A DNA stretch of 64,000 bases from Tubulanus polymorphus. Taxonomy: Eukaryota > Animalia > Nemertea. The position numbers and the translations under genes were made by a program. Under the pieces are notes generated by a model. The model was not told the origin of the DNA, made no database searches, and worked only from the letters and a program-made list of their open reading frames with translations. The stretch lies in contig NC_134028.1 in the NCBI RefSeq assembly GCF_964204645.1, positions 19,723,653-19,787,652 of the forward strand. The letters run 5' to 3'. Positions 31,065-44,726 of this stretch are shown one piece after another. The stretch's first letter is position 1, and each line of letters begins with the position of its first letter.

Positions 31065-31669
31065 TTTGGATTCTGAATAAGTAACGCAAAGTCATTAATC
31101 AATGCAAAAGTGGCCCTGGCATGTGAAACTGTTTTGTAGGAGCTGACTGGGAGAGACACTGTCCAGACTTGCAGAGTGGTCTCCTATCCATATAAGGAGC
31201 CAGTCCAGACTGGGGGAGTGGTCTACTATCCTAAAAGGAGATACCGTACAGGCGTCCAAAATGACACCTTTACTGAAAAAAAATTGACATCATTTTCATG
31301 TGCGACTACATACCGTTGTTACTAGACCCGGCTATCAGAGACAGTACTACTATAGAGTAGATACCGTAGTGTATCACGTGCTTCTCGATCGAGTGTACAC
31401 CGTATAAAATCTGCTGTAAATATAAAATATAGTTTATCTGGAAATCAATGACGTGACTGTATATGCCCGATATAACTGATATAAAACCTACACTTCGTCA
31501 GGCTGGTGAATCATTGACAAAAATCTACGTACATGTATTATTAGAAGAAGTATATCAAGTCAAGTATCTGGTGAAATAGTGCGTAGATGTAGTTGTACTA
31601 ATTTTGGAGATGTGTGATTCGGTCATGCTTATCCGGCACTCATGGCATTGCTGACATGCTCGACATATT

Positions 31670-33070
31670 CGACATACCCGACACTCCCAACATACCCAGC
31701 ACTCCTGACATACCCGACACTCCCAACATACCCGGCACCCCCAACATACCCGGCATTCCCGACATACCCGGCAATCCCGACATACCCGGCAATCCCGACA
31801 TACCCGACACTCCCAACACCTCTATACTTCATCTATACCGCAATATACCATCACCTCTATACCTCACTATTCCATTACCTCCATACCTTACTATCCCGGC
31901 ACATCTATACCTCACTATCCCATCACCTCCATGCCCCACTATCCCAGCACGTATATACCTCACTATCCCGGCACATCTATATCTCACTATCCCATCACCT
32001 CCATGCCCCACTATCCCAGCACGTATATACCTCACTATCCCGGCACATCTATATCTCACTATCCCATCACCTCCATGCCCCACTATCCCAGCACGTATAT
32101 ACCTCACTATCCCGGCACATCTATATCTCACTATCCCATCACCTCCCTACCTCACTATCCCAGTACCTCTTTACCCCATTATCCCAGCACATCTATACCT
32201 CACTATCCCAGCACATCTATACCTCACTATCCCAGCACCTCTATACCTCACTATCCCATCACGTATATACCTCACTATCCCGGCACATCTATGCCTCACT
32301 ATCCCAGCACCTCTATACCTCACTATCCCAGCACCTCTATATCTCACTCTCCCGGCACCTCTATAACTCAATATCCCGGCACCTCAATACCTCACTATCG
32401 CATCACCTCTATACCTCACTATCCCAGCACCTCTATATCTCACTCTCCCGGCACCTCTATAACTCAATATCCCGGCACCTCAATACCTCACTATCCCGGC
32501 ACCTCCATACCTCACTATCCCAGCACGTCTATACCTCACTATCCCGGCACACCTATACCTCACTATCCCGGCACCTCTATACCTCACTAGCCCAGCACCT
32601 CTATAACTCACTCTCCCGGCACCTCTATAACTCACGATCCCGGCACCTCCATACCTCACTATCCCAAAACCTCAATACCTCACTATCCCAGCACCTCTAT
32701 ATCTCACTATCCCAGCACCTCTATACACACTATCCCAGCACCTCTATACCTCACTATCCCAACACCCCTATACCTCACTATCCCAGCACCTCTATACCTC
32801 ACTATCCCAGCACCTCTATACCTCACTATCCCAGCACCTCTATACCTCACTATCCCAGCACCCCTATACCTCACTATCCCAGCACCTCTATACCTCACTA
32901 TCCCAGCACCTCTATACCTCACTATCCCAGCACCCAGCACCCCTATACTTCACTATCCCGGGAGAGTAGGGAGTACCGGGTATGTCGGGAATGTCGGGAG
33001 TTTCGGGAATGTCGGGGGGATGTCGGGATTGTCGGGTATGTCGGGAGTTCCGGGTATGTCGGGATTGTCA
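31670..33070. repeat. 21-bp minisatellite (CACTATCCC(A/G)GCACCTCTATACCT) flanked by inverted 18-bp arrays
   Basis: GACATACCCGACACTCCC units at 31670-31820 and their complement at 32960-33070. Confidence 0.92.
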
Positions 33071-33237
33071 TGTAAGTGTCTGTTGTAAGATATGGGTGGG
33101 ATACTATGAAGGATATATTGATTCTCGAAGAATTAGTAGAACTACGCAAGATATGCGCGGAAGAATATAGAAATTATTTCTAAGTGTAATGCAGTCTTAG
33201 GGACTATTTTACCGTATACTGGACTCGAGCCAGTTTT

Positions 33238-33684
33238 CTACGTACTAACATAACGACAAACCGACATACCAACAAACAGACAAACCGACATACCGACAAA
33301 CTGGCATATAACAAAAAAAAATCTTTCAAGGGGTAATTTGGCTACGAACTTTGCATTTTTCTTATGACATACCGACACACCGACAAACCGACATACCCAT
33401 AGTCCCTCGATCCAGCCACGGGTAATCCACGGAAAACCCTGTCCCTCGATCATCGCCACTTCTAGGGTAATCCACGCGCATACCCGGCACCTTGATCCCA
33501 GTCACTTTATAAAAGGGTAATCCTCGCACCACACAACCCCTCGATCCTAGCCACTTTAGATAAGGTAATCCACGCGTCACACAGCCCTTCTCGATGCCAG
33601 CCACTTTATATAAGGGAAATCCACGCACGGGTTTGTCGGTATGTCGGTTAATCTGTATGTCGGTATGTCGGTATGTCCGTACGT
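33238..33684. mobile_element. Small foldback element with CGACATAC-repeat arms
   Basis: ACGTAC..CCGACATACC arm versus GGTATGTCGGTATGTCCGTACGT arm, with ~45-bp internal repeats. Confidence 0.6.
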
Positions 33685-33903
33685 CCCAAAAGCCTAATTT
33701 CGTAAGATTCTATCAGGTATTAGATATATATAAATCTATCAGATAATTAAATATTACATATAAGACCTATTCTTTTATTAGTCTTAAATGAATATAGATA
33801 TAATATATAAGTTATTTTTTCTTATTTGTTTTATTTCAAACTACTTTTATATTCTTTATGTACGAGAAGTGAGAAGTGCTAAGACTACTAAAGACATGAA
33901 GAC

Positions 33904-33907
<4 letters not shown>

Positions 33908-33982
<75 letters not shown>
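33908..33982. repeat. (TA)n microsatellite
   Basis: Directly visible. Confidence 0.99.
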
Positions 33983-33984
<2 letters not shown>

Positions 33985-34088
33985 TTTCTAATTTTCATCA
34001 TTATTGAAACAGTAATATGATGAATCTATTAGATAAATATCATATTCTTTATAATTCTTTACGTAGTACTAGAATGATACTAGCTTGT

Positions 34089-34312
34089 AAGTTTATTAAT
34101 TTTCTAGTTGAATCTATTCAAATTATAAAGTGATATAGTTTCTAACTAGAAATATTAGATTTTGAATAGAATTCTAATAAATTATTAATAAACTAACTAG
34201 CTATTTAAGTTATTGATTTTCTAATTGAATTCTATTCAAAATCTAATATTTCTAGTTAGAAACTACATTACTTTATAATTTGAATAGATTCAACTAGAAA
34301 ATTAATAAACTT
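34089..34312. repeat. AT-rich long inverted repeat (~85-bp arms)
   Basis: AAGTTTATTAATTTTCTAGTTGAATCTATTCAAATTATAAAGT.. is mirrored at 34227-34312. Confidence 0.9.
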
Positions 34313-34359
34313 AAATATTCAACCGGGTCAGTTGTTTTGAAAATATTTATTTGAAAGGT

Positions 34360-34912
34360 TGGAGCGTTCGGTTCTTAATATTCCCTTGTAGAGTGGTGCT
34401 GAGATCATGGAGCGTTCAGTTCCTAATAATCGCCTGTCGAGAAACACTGTTATCGTGGGGTGTTTGGTTCCTAATATTCCCCTGTATAGAGGTGCTGGGA
34501 TCGTGGGGCGTTCGGTTCCTAATAGGCCTATTCCCATCTACAAAGGTGCCGGGATCGCGGGGTGTTTGGTTCCTAATGTTCCCCTGTACAGAGGTGCAGG
34601 GATCGTGGGGTGTTTGGTTCCTAGTATTCCCCTGTATAGAGGTGCTGGGATTGTGGGGCGTTCGGTTCCTAATAATTCCCTGTAGAGAGGTGCCGGGATC
34701 GCGGGGCGTTCGGTTCCTTATAATGCCTTGTAGAGAGGTCCTGGGATCGGATTACCGGTGTGTCGGGATTGTCGGGTAGACCTATGTTGGATTGCTGGTA
34801 TGTCGGGATTGTCGGGTATGTCGGATTGCCGGTATGTCGGAATGTCGGGATTGTCGGGTAGCCTATGTCGGATTGCCGGTTCGTCGGGAGTGTCGGAATG
34901 TCGGGATTACCG
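34360..34912. repeat. ~46-bp tandem repeat followed by a GTCGGG(T/A) array
   Basis: Repeats of GGTTCCTAATATTCCCCTGTATAGAGGTGCTGGGAT; the core is the complement of the 21-bp minisatellite core. Confidence 0.8.
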
Positions 34913-35240
34913 ATGCTATAATTCAAATACAGAACAATGAAGCGTTTATTCATTTTATCTTGAGCTTTCGCAATGAGGCATTATATTACCATATTTCATA
35001 CTTGATCCGATATTTCTTCGACAATGCCCTTGGCGTATTAATCTGTACTGTTGTTTGCCGCCTGAACTACTTAACCAGAACGCAGAGTTGAGCCGAACCG
35101 ACGACCATATCAATACCAAGGCGAAGTTTGGCGAATTTTACTCGGGTTTTGGAAAGCAGTTGGTTAAAAGATGTGTCATAGTGAAGTGTATTTATGCTAG
35201 AGTTCATTTTTGAATTTTCACTGTTTGTCACTGTTGTTAA

Positions 35241-35253
35241 GTTGCTGAGCAAC
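35241..35253. promoter_or_regulatory. RFX X-box upstream of CATSPER3
   Basis: GTTGCTGAGCAAC, ~40 bp before the ATG; fits a sperm/flagellar gene. Confidence 0.6.
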
Positions 35254-35291
35254 TCTTTAGTCGATCGGTTTGTAATTTAATCCCATCAAAC

Positions 35292-38200
35292 ATGGAACCG
35301 GGACTTAATGGCGACGGTCTGGAATTCGAAGATTTCGATGAAAATGAAAAGAAACGTAAAGTTAGATTCGATGCTAATTTTCACAGATACATCAAAACGA
35401 TCACCGATTCCATATTCTTCAACGGATTTATCATGTTCACGATCGGTTTGAATTCTCTCGAAATGGCTTTAGAAACAAATGAAGATTTGAAATATCGCTG
35501 GAGAGACGCATTTTTCTACATGGATGAAACATTTCTTGCCATCTATACGGTCGAATTCTTGATGAAACTTTACGCCGAGCCGATTGGGTATTGGAAGAGT
35601 AGTTTTGATCTGTTTGATTTTGTTGTATTGGTTCTCAGCTATATTCAGGTGATATTAGATTCATCTGGAACCAGTGGTCTGGAAGGGTTAAGAGTCTTAC
35701 GCGCCCTGCGGACATTGCGTACTCTTAGGACCATTTCATTCGTAAGGGGATTGCAGGTAAATCTGAAACATTGTTTTTCGGTGAAATGTTGAGCCCGCAG
35801 ATCTAATGAGATCCAAATCCAAATGTGCCCTATCAAGGGCATGAGAAGCCATCTTTTATCTTGAATTTTCTGTTGGAGGGCCAGCAGAACCACTCGAAAT
35901 CTGCCCCAAATTAATTAACCCATTCCAAATATCTGGACCCCTTCTTCAAAGCCATCCTAAACATGCCCTTGATAGTTCCTCGATGGGGCATAGTGCCACC
36001 AAAGTATAGTGATTCGCTCGACCTGAGGCGTTTTTACGAGCATATACGATTTTTTGCGATCGATTTCGTGAACGATTGCTCTGATTTTCCGATCAAATTG
36101 AACCCTCGTAAAAATGAAATGAACTACTTTTCCCTATTTTAAATATTCTCTCCGAGCATTCATGACTTGATTTGGAGTAAGAACATATTTATAATTTAAA
36201 CATCCTGCCCCCGCGGGGCGCGGATGCGATACTCTGAGACAATCGGCTCCATGGCAAGCGGGGTCTGGGGGACACAATAATCCGAGGCAAGCAGCTCCGT
36301 GGCAAAGGGGGTCGAATTTTTAAATCTTAATTCTCTTTCTCTTACAGGTTTTGGTTATAGCATTAATCAGTACAATCAGGAAGTCAGTGATTAACATCGT
36401 GATTCTGCTGTTCATAATGATGTTTCTATTCGCAATTATGGGCTACTATTTTTTCGGTTATCGCGAAGAAAGTGATCTTGAGAACTGGGGGAATATCACT
36501 GTAGCGCTGAAATCTTTATTTACTTATGTCACGGTAAGTCCTCGTCCTCTGTACAACCACGCGGTGCATCCAGACAAAACGTACATTTCTGGGGTACATT
36601 TAGGTCTACAATACAGCAGGATTCACAAAAAGGACTAACTACTAAATCGTTCTAGATAAACTGAAAAAATCAAGAAGTTAATTCGATTCATGGTCCTCTA
36701 TGGTTAGGTGGCCATGGCCCCCATGGATACAAACTAGCATCAGCCAACCAACTCATTTCACAAATCAGCAAAGTCTAAATAACAGATATTTTAACTCTAT
36801 CAGCGTGATGACTGTTAGACTAACAGCTTTTCTAGGTCAAATGCTGGCATTACAACTGTGGGAATGACAGTTCATATATTCAGATAGATGGCAGATGGGT
36901 GCTATGTTTTTCTACGGCGTCTAGCTTGGTTAGCGACATGCAATGATTGTCTACGGGTCGTTGATAGTAACTTATTTCATTTTGACCGATTATTGAACAT
37001 AAGTCACTGGTTTTCATGATTTGGCATTTCGCTGACCTTCATTTGGGGGGGGGCATGCTTTTACCCCAAATGTTAAAACTTTTTCCAAAAACTACATTTT
37101 CTAATAGCTGCAATAATAATGAATCAGAATATATTTCCCATTGAAAACAGGAACGTAATTGTGAGCAAAATTAATTCAATAAACTCTAAAGACTTCTTAA
37201 TTAATTACAATACACGCGGGTTTAAAGCCTATATATTTCAGCTGGATGATGTATGTTTTTCAGTTGGACGGTTGGACAGATATTCAAGATAAACTCGATG
37301 AATTAGGGATGGACGGAGGACGCGTTTTCTCATTCGCCTTCATCATGTTGGGTCATTTCATATTCTTCAATATTTTCATCGCTGTTATTATCATGAATAT
37401 CAGCGACGCCACAGAAAACTACAAGGTATGTATACATTTATCTCGCATCAAGAAGCGGCCATCTCGAATCACATGTGATTTTGATGAGATCACGTGAGAC
37501 TTGGACAAATTTTCAGTTGCTAGGAAATGTTTTGCCCGAGCCTGAAGCTCAAACCACTATTTCAAAATCTTATGTATCCTGAATGAACGTGATGATAAGA
37601 AATTCGAGAGTTCGGTTCCTATTCAAGCGCACATTTCCAGGGATTAAGCCTAACCTGCTACCAACTACGATCTCAACATACCATACCAGTTATTCACTGG
37701 TTACGCCGTTTTTTTCATAGTTATATTGTTAGTTTGAATACGATCCGCCGCCAAATCTTTCCAATTGTAGATTTAAAAAGAAAATTTCATCTTTATCTTT
37801 TCCCACCGCCCCTTTTTTTAAGCATAGATATGGAAATTAAGACAAATATTCATAATTTTTTACCACTGCCACATCATCTTTTGACCACACAAAAAATCGC
37901 GGTAGACAATGATGTTTTGGATAATTTGTCTACCTCAAGTTCGTTCAATAAATAGAGTCACTTCAAAATGGTGGCAGTAAATACACAATAATCGGGTATC
38001 ATTATCCCCAAATAAACTCCAAAATAGGGCAAGTTTTATCTTTTTTTTTCAAATCCAACTCCCCGATCACTAATTAGTAATGAATTCAATGTTTTGAGAA
38101 AAAAATGTTTTATTTTTATTTTTTCCCGCCTCCTCAATCATTTCAAGTCCATCAAAGCGGTAATCCATCTTAGCATAAAAACGGCTTTAACTTAAACCGG

Positions 38201-40034
38201 TCTTGGTTGTCACCATGCGTCCTCTTTAGAGCTCGTTATCAAAGTCTGTGAAAATTCAATTTGGTAAATGTGTGTTCCAGGAATAACGATGTGCTTCGAT
38301 TGATATGCATTTTTTTTCAGAACGAGCAAAGAGCGGAACGGGAAACCGTGTTGCGTCACAAGAAGGAATTTATGATGCAGAGACAACACAACGACGTCAA
38401 ACAGATGATGCAGCGTCAGGTGTACATTTATATTCATTAGTTTACAAACAATGTAGATTCATTATTTACGTTATATTAACTATAAATCAATTAATAGCGA
38501 AAAATGAATTATTCCCATCGGCGGTTTTATCTGCCACTGATGATGTTAAAGTGTAGGCCTTGGGTACTTAGAAATATCAAAATCTATCATTTTTCAGTAC
38601 TGAAAATATTGGTCACTGTAGATATATCTTTTTTTAAATCTTAAAATAGGGATTGACACTTTTATTTATTCGGTTGGTAAATTTCGTTTGATTTTTTTTA
38701 ATTTTGATTGAGTGTCCCTTACAGACCCACCACACCTGTCGGGGGCGATATAGGGGGTTTGATTTTGAAATCGGAAATCGAAGTACAGATATAGTTGTGT
38801 GATCGGCGGTCGAAACGACTCTTTGGGTCATCGGCGTCTTGGCTGCCTTATCTAATGCATTGAAATTTTGGAAATAGCTATATTACAAGGTTCATTTAGT
38901 CTTTTCGTATATTTTTTGTTCGTTTCCTTCGTGTAAATAGTCCGATAGTTTATTGTAGTTTTTTCTCAGGTAGATGTTGGTGTAAAAGTCCTCTAAGTTT
39001 TCCTGCGTGTTGACTAGATAAAAGGAAGCACATTTCGAAACGAAAATTTTGCAGATGAGAGTATGGTCCTGGTATCCGAAGTGTAGTTGTTTGACATCGC
39101 TTATTGATGAGAATCAGCATGGAAATTGTACCCGTCTCTTAGTGAATCTCGTTTTTTTCGCTAAAGTTTTCTATTTTCATTTTTTAGAAAGTCGGACACT
39201 TCACGAATTTTCAGGATATGGTACAAGATTTCCAAAGCTCATTGAGACACGATGATTATGTAATGATGAATGATTTATGCGGTAATTTAATCTGGATGGA
39301 AATGTTTGTAACGTCTTTAGATCACATGGATAATACAATGTACAGGTAACATTGAACACAGTCCCGACTGACAATAACCGAGTGATCGGGTTCGAATCCC
39401 AGCCGAGGTTGGTAATAATACGACATCAATGTGTTTCATTTTTAAAATGGGATGATACCGGCAGCACTGCTGTGGCAGTCGATGATTCGACTCATGACAT
39501 AGGCGAGGATCCACCAGGTTCGCTAGTAGTAACTCGGTCTTCTGCGTTCGATTTCTTCTATTTCAATGAAAACTGAACTTTTTAAACTTGAATTAATCAA
39601 GTACAATCAAGTAAAAATACCGATATCCGAGAAGAAAAATGAATTTATTATGTATTTGGTGGGTTCTGTAGTGTAATATAGTATAAGGACCCGGGAGCCT
39701 AAAGTTAATTCAGTCAAATGAAAATGAACTAATTTTGCGACGTAAGACCAAGTGCCTGTCCCGCCATCGAGCTGGGGTTGCGGGTTCCCCGTGAAGTTTG
39801 ACAATTCATTGGTATGGACGATTGATGTAGGCCTACTATAATACGCTACAATTTACTTCAAGCTATTACAATTTTCCCAATCTACACTATCTACCGGACT
39901 AAATTGACTATAGGCTAATCCACTGCATTGAAGGTAACATTACTTATTTCAGATTACAGCAATTACACTATGAATCAGCGAATATCTTAGGAGCGGTTTT
40001 AGATCAACGGCTTAGAAAGCGATACGGTACATAG
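35292..40034 (+). CDS. CATSPER3: Cation channel sperm-associated protein 3
   Basis: Exons 35292-35756, 36348-36533, 37264-37425, 38321-38419, 39188-39345, 39953-40034. Single 6-TM unit with S4 LRVLRALRTLRTLRTISF, pore YVTLDGWTD, S6 HFIFFNIFIAVIIMN, and C-terminal coiled coil ending RLQQLHYE. Confidence 0.85.
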
Positions 40035-40472
40035 TGAAAAAACAAGGTTGAGGTGGAACCAGCATAAGCCTGAACTCGGCTGAAGTGGGGCCCTGGAGGA
40101 CACCCACAGTAGGACAGGCCCCGAGGCTGACATTGAAATGAAATTAATTGTTTATTATTTTAGTTATGGTTATTGAACATTTCATTCTTTCGAATAAAAT
40201 TTATGAAGTTCTGGTGGAAATAATGTATGCACTATTTGAATGTATTGGATTGAATTGGATGATAGCGAGTTTTTAGGCTTAGTTTCCCCTCGCTAAAGAG
40301 CAGACTGCCACCTTTTTAAAAAGCTAGGAACCTGAACCCGAGTCAGTGAGTGGGTTTGGGTGGTGACTACAAAATAAAAGGTCAAAGCGGGCAGTGAAAA
40401 GAGAATTGAGATACAATGACTACCCTTCCTTCCCTCTTCCAGTCTTTTAGTTAGGCGCGCTCTGCATTATTA

Positions 40473-40486
40473 GTTACCATAGTAAC
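40473..40486. promoter_or_regulatory. Palindromic RFX X-box, probably in the paladin promoter (putative UTR exon donor GAAG|GTAAGG at ~40690)
   Basis: GTTACCATAGTAAC. Confidence 0.55.
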
Positions 40487-43400
40487 CATTTTAGATATTA
40501 ACCTGGCTGTCAGATCGCGTAAGGTAGATGGATAAATACACCGAGTCACTCAGCATGTGAGCAACCGAGCGCTTCAATTTATATTTACCTGAATTGGTGA
40601 TGATTATTTGAAGTACGGAGCCCGGAGAGAGTTTTGGTGCTGCTGTTTTAATGTGACTGCGATGAGATGAGAATGATATCGCTGTCGAAGGTAAGGTTTT
40701 GTCTAAAACTCATAGTCGTCGAATTCATATCGGATTTCATTGATAACTTTTCGGGAAAGAATAATTTTTAAAACCGGGTTTACACCTAGCAGAGCCGTTC
40801 CTAGGATTTGAATTTATTTTTTTAGGGGGGCGGGGTATAGATACCGAAAAAGGGAAGTCCTATAGGATGAAACAATTTGCAAAAGCACTTACTTACTTCC
40901 ATAAATCTTTGTTTAACGTTGATGCAAAATTGGTGTTTAAAATTTGATAATGTTCATGATAAAATCTCGGTATATCCAGTTGAAATATTATTCCTTTTTG
41001 CTTTTCACAAGTGTATAACGTAGATTCAATACATTCGGCGTTTTAATACAATACTAACGCTGTAAGGTTGTTCGATGATATCCAGCCTGCAGCAAGTGAA
41101 TTTTTAGTGCAGTTCCCGATTCCAAAACGGGGATTTTTTTTTTTACCTTAAGGCATTGAAATTATCACTTACTCAACCACGACCCTAAGGACTCGAACCC
41201 GAGATACGTATTCAATACACCAGCTGAGCACATCAGCCATTCGAATGATATACAATCAAAGCTCGTTATAACACCAGCCCAGGGACTGTCAAAATTTTGG
41301 TGGTAACGAATATGGCGGCATTGACGAAATGTCGACCATGAGATAGTATATACAAGACATGACTATTGACCAAATCAAGAATTGACGTAGATGATAGAAA
41401 CAATGATAGAGAAGATGTGTGACACTGCGCGATACTGCCGACCACATGTATCGATTCTTAACGTAACAGACGGGAAAAATTGTTGACGAAAGATCGTTGG
41501 CGGTTTAAAGATGTTTTCTCTATGAGTTTGAATAGGACTGTTCTAGGATTTCGTTGGCGTTCTGGCGGAGGGTGAGAGGTGGTATAACGAGAGCTATTTA
41601 CATACATATATATGCCAAATAAACTGTGCACAAGGAATTTCTTGGCGATAGGTGAATTTAGCGGTATTACGGATGGCGGTATTACGAGCTTTGACTGTAT
41701 ACGTTCTTCTCTGTCAGTAGGTGACCAGTCAGGTGCCGACCCGACTCTACGATACCCGCTTTCATTCTCCAATTACTAGAGTTGTTAATCAGCAGGCTCT
41801 TTGTAACGAATTTGACATGAATGAGGCCGTAGCTGATAATCCCCGGCAATTTTCTATGAAAGATGCATCTTTTAACACAATAACACAAAACAAGTATTTT
41901 GTTAATATTTCAAAAACATTAATCATTAAAAACAACTTAGAGTTTAAAAAGATGATGAATATATCTCATATCAAAACGCGAGTCGATTTTCAATGAATCA
42001 TCTATATTCGAACCACGATGGATATTTTTTGTGACATTTTTCTATAAATATATACGTGTTATTGAACGGTGCCGTCGCGCAACAGCACATCAAAACAGAT
42101 TGAATTCACATATGCATAGCCTGTGGATGTCACCACCAGGAGGCTCATCAATTAGGACTGATCAATGTAAAACTTGCCTAAGCAAGTGGACACAAACTCC
42201 ACGGGGATGGCCGCGGTTTCACCGTTAACAGTTTAAGCTCTATCATACATTGACAAGTTATTGTGTAACAACCCCCCCCCTCTCCCGGTTGCTAATGGCA
42301 ACAAATTCTTACTGCAATTAATTGTAACACAAAACGTGGTGTTGAATCCTGCCCTCGCCCATCAAATGATTCATTCCACAGTCTACTCCTTTTATAAACG
42401 CCGTGGACTACTTATAAAATACAGTTAGTTTAATTGAGTTTATGTATCTACTATACGTATATAATATGATATGTAATATGATTTATTTTTCATGCGGAAT
42501 TTCAACCGAATTGATAATAATGATAATATATTTATTGTCAGGGAGTTATCTCGTACAAATCATATAGGTATGATATAGAAATAAGGACATATATAAGACG
42601 GATCAGTTAACATTTACCCATAAGTAAATAGTACATACGCATTAAGAAGAGTTGAGCAAGAGCCGTGTTAACCTGATGCGAAATCATTTCTCTTATATAA
42701 TGATCAGATCAGATAAACTAGATTGATTTTAAAGTGATTTGATGCATTTCACTTTGTTCAGAAATTTTGCTAAATTGATACTTTTGAGGGGTTACTCATA
42801 CATTTTGCAACTTGATTTGAATATGCACGAATTAGATCTTATTGTATTCACTCGACCTCTCAACTTCTTACCTGAGAGCCTGCTTTTGATATACATTACA
42901 TTATCCAAATATAATTTCATAATGCATATTACATTTCTAAATATAATTTATCCATATCTAAATATTTAATTTAGATTAAATATTTCTATGTAATAATGCA
43001 TACAGATACAATATTCCAACGTAACATTCTTTATGTATGAGATGTATGACGAAGAATGAAGAATTCTTTATTCTTTATTCTTTCTCATACAAATACGATT
43101 TAAATAGAAAATTGAAGAATGTCAAGATGATTAAAAAACTAATTGTTATTCAGAAGAAGACAATTCCATTAACCAGTTCAAAGCAGAATTCAAAACATCG
43201 AAACTTCCCATATTTGAATTTATGGAACAATATAATTTCCTGACATTCCAAATCATCTATTTAAAATGTATTATATTCCTTAAAACATTACTAGGGATAA
43301 CAGGATTAGACGATGAAAAAATATTTGAAATTAAAGGTTTTACATATAGCAACGATCCAGATAATCAACGAACAAAGATATTATTACAGATTTAGGAAAA

Positions 43401-43899
43401 TTGTCCTAGATTAAGAGAAAAATTTATTAATAAATTTCCCAAAAATCTGCTACATACTTATCAATTTAAACCGTTTCATGCTTGCCACGTAGTTATTTCA
43501 AAATTGAATCAACTTTGTTTCGCAATCAAACATATAAAAATAGTCAAAATGATTTGAAATAATTAATTCAATTGATATCGAATTATCAAAATCATATTTT
43601 AGGTAGTTGAATGACAAAACCGAAATTAGATATAATATTAAATGAAGGACTGCTTTGAGGCAACAGTTAGCTTGTACAAGAAAACAACCCCGAAAGAAAA
43701 TACACTACGTAAGATAAAGAGAAGAAAAGAATTGAATACGAAAGGAAAAACGACATACGGATCATAATACGAAAATATATATGTAGAAAATAGCTCATGG
43801 TGGACACAAAATCGACAACACTTTTCGAATCTTTTATATCTATATCAGATTTCTTTGTCCCTGTATCAAGCTGACATGCACGTATACAGCGAGAGAGTG

Positions 43900-44090
43900 A
43901 GCGAGCGAGCGGCATGGCAAGCCACATCGTGGGTTCGAACCCCGTATATCAACGTAGTGTCCCGGGCAAAACACTTATCTTCATTGCCTCTCACGGGTAC
44001 CTGGCCTAATTGATGACCCCTAATGGAAAGCGCCGTTGAACACTGTATCACAGTGAAAGGCGCGCTATATGAAATTAAATTACTATTACT
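43900..44090 (+). mobile_element. tRNA-derived SINE
   Basis: B box GGTTCGAACCC, GTGTCCCGGGCAAAACACTT, tail shared with the copy at 16205-16530, (TTA/CTA)n end. Confidence 0.7.
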
Positions 44091-44726
44091 AAGGCCTCTC
44101 TTAGATTACTTTGCAGTATTACAGATTCGTCTCCCCAGAATTCTGCGAAAATCATCAAATTGAAAAAAAAATTCTTTTTTGATATGCGCGCCTTGATTTT
44201 CAATCTAGTATCTTGCAAAAATACGTTAATCTCAATTTCAATTATATGGTTTGCAAAAAAATCATTTTCTTCATATCTCCGATCATTTGAATAAAATTCA
44301 TCACAATTTCTCAATTCTTTTTCATTTTTCAGCAGTCCTTCCGAGGTTTTATGTGGAAATTACTAAAAAATTAAAAAGAATGTACATTCTTATTTTGTTT
44401 CCTGTTCCCTTTCATTTCGAAACGCCCATTTTAAAGAAGAAATTTTCGCCTTTTCCCCTTTGCCCTCCCACTTTTTCTTGAAAAAAGTCCGTAATGCTAG
44501 TAATCAAAAAGGCCTCAATTACTGTTACAAATTGTACAGTGAAATTTACAGGAGAAATTGTATATCGAGCTCAGTAACGTAGGACTGATATTTTGTTATT
44601 GCGACCTAGGTTCGGAAATGCCACGATTACAGTCGATAAATAGCCTTCACGTATTTCGCAGTGTAGATCTAATGTCGGTTATCTGATGTGTTGACGACTG
44701 CGTTTGATTGTAGATGCAATAAAGAG

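Noticed and set aside
31614-33075. 477-aa, 250-aa and 219-aa repetitive ORFs
   Set aside because: All three frames are open because of a stop-poor 21-bp minisatellite; no splice or domain support.
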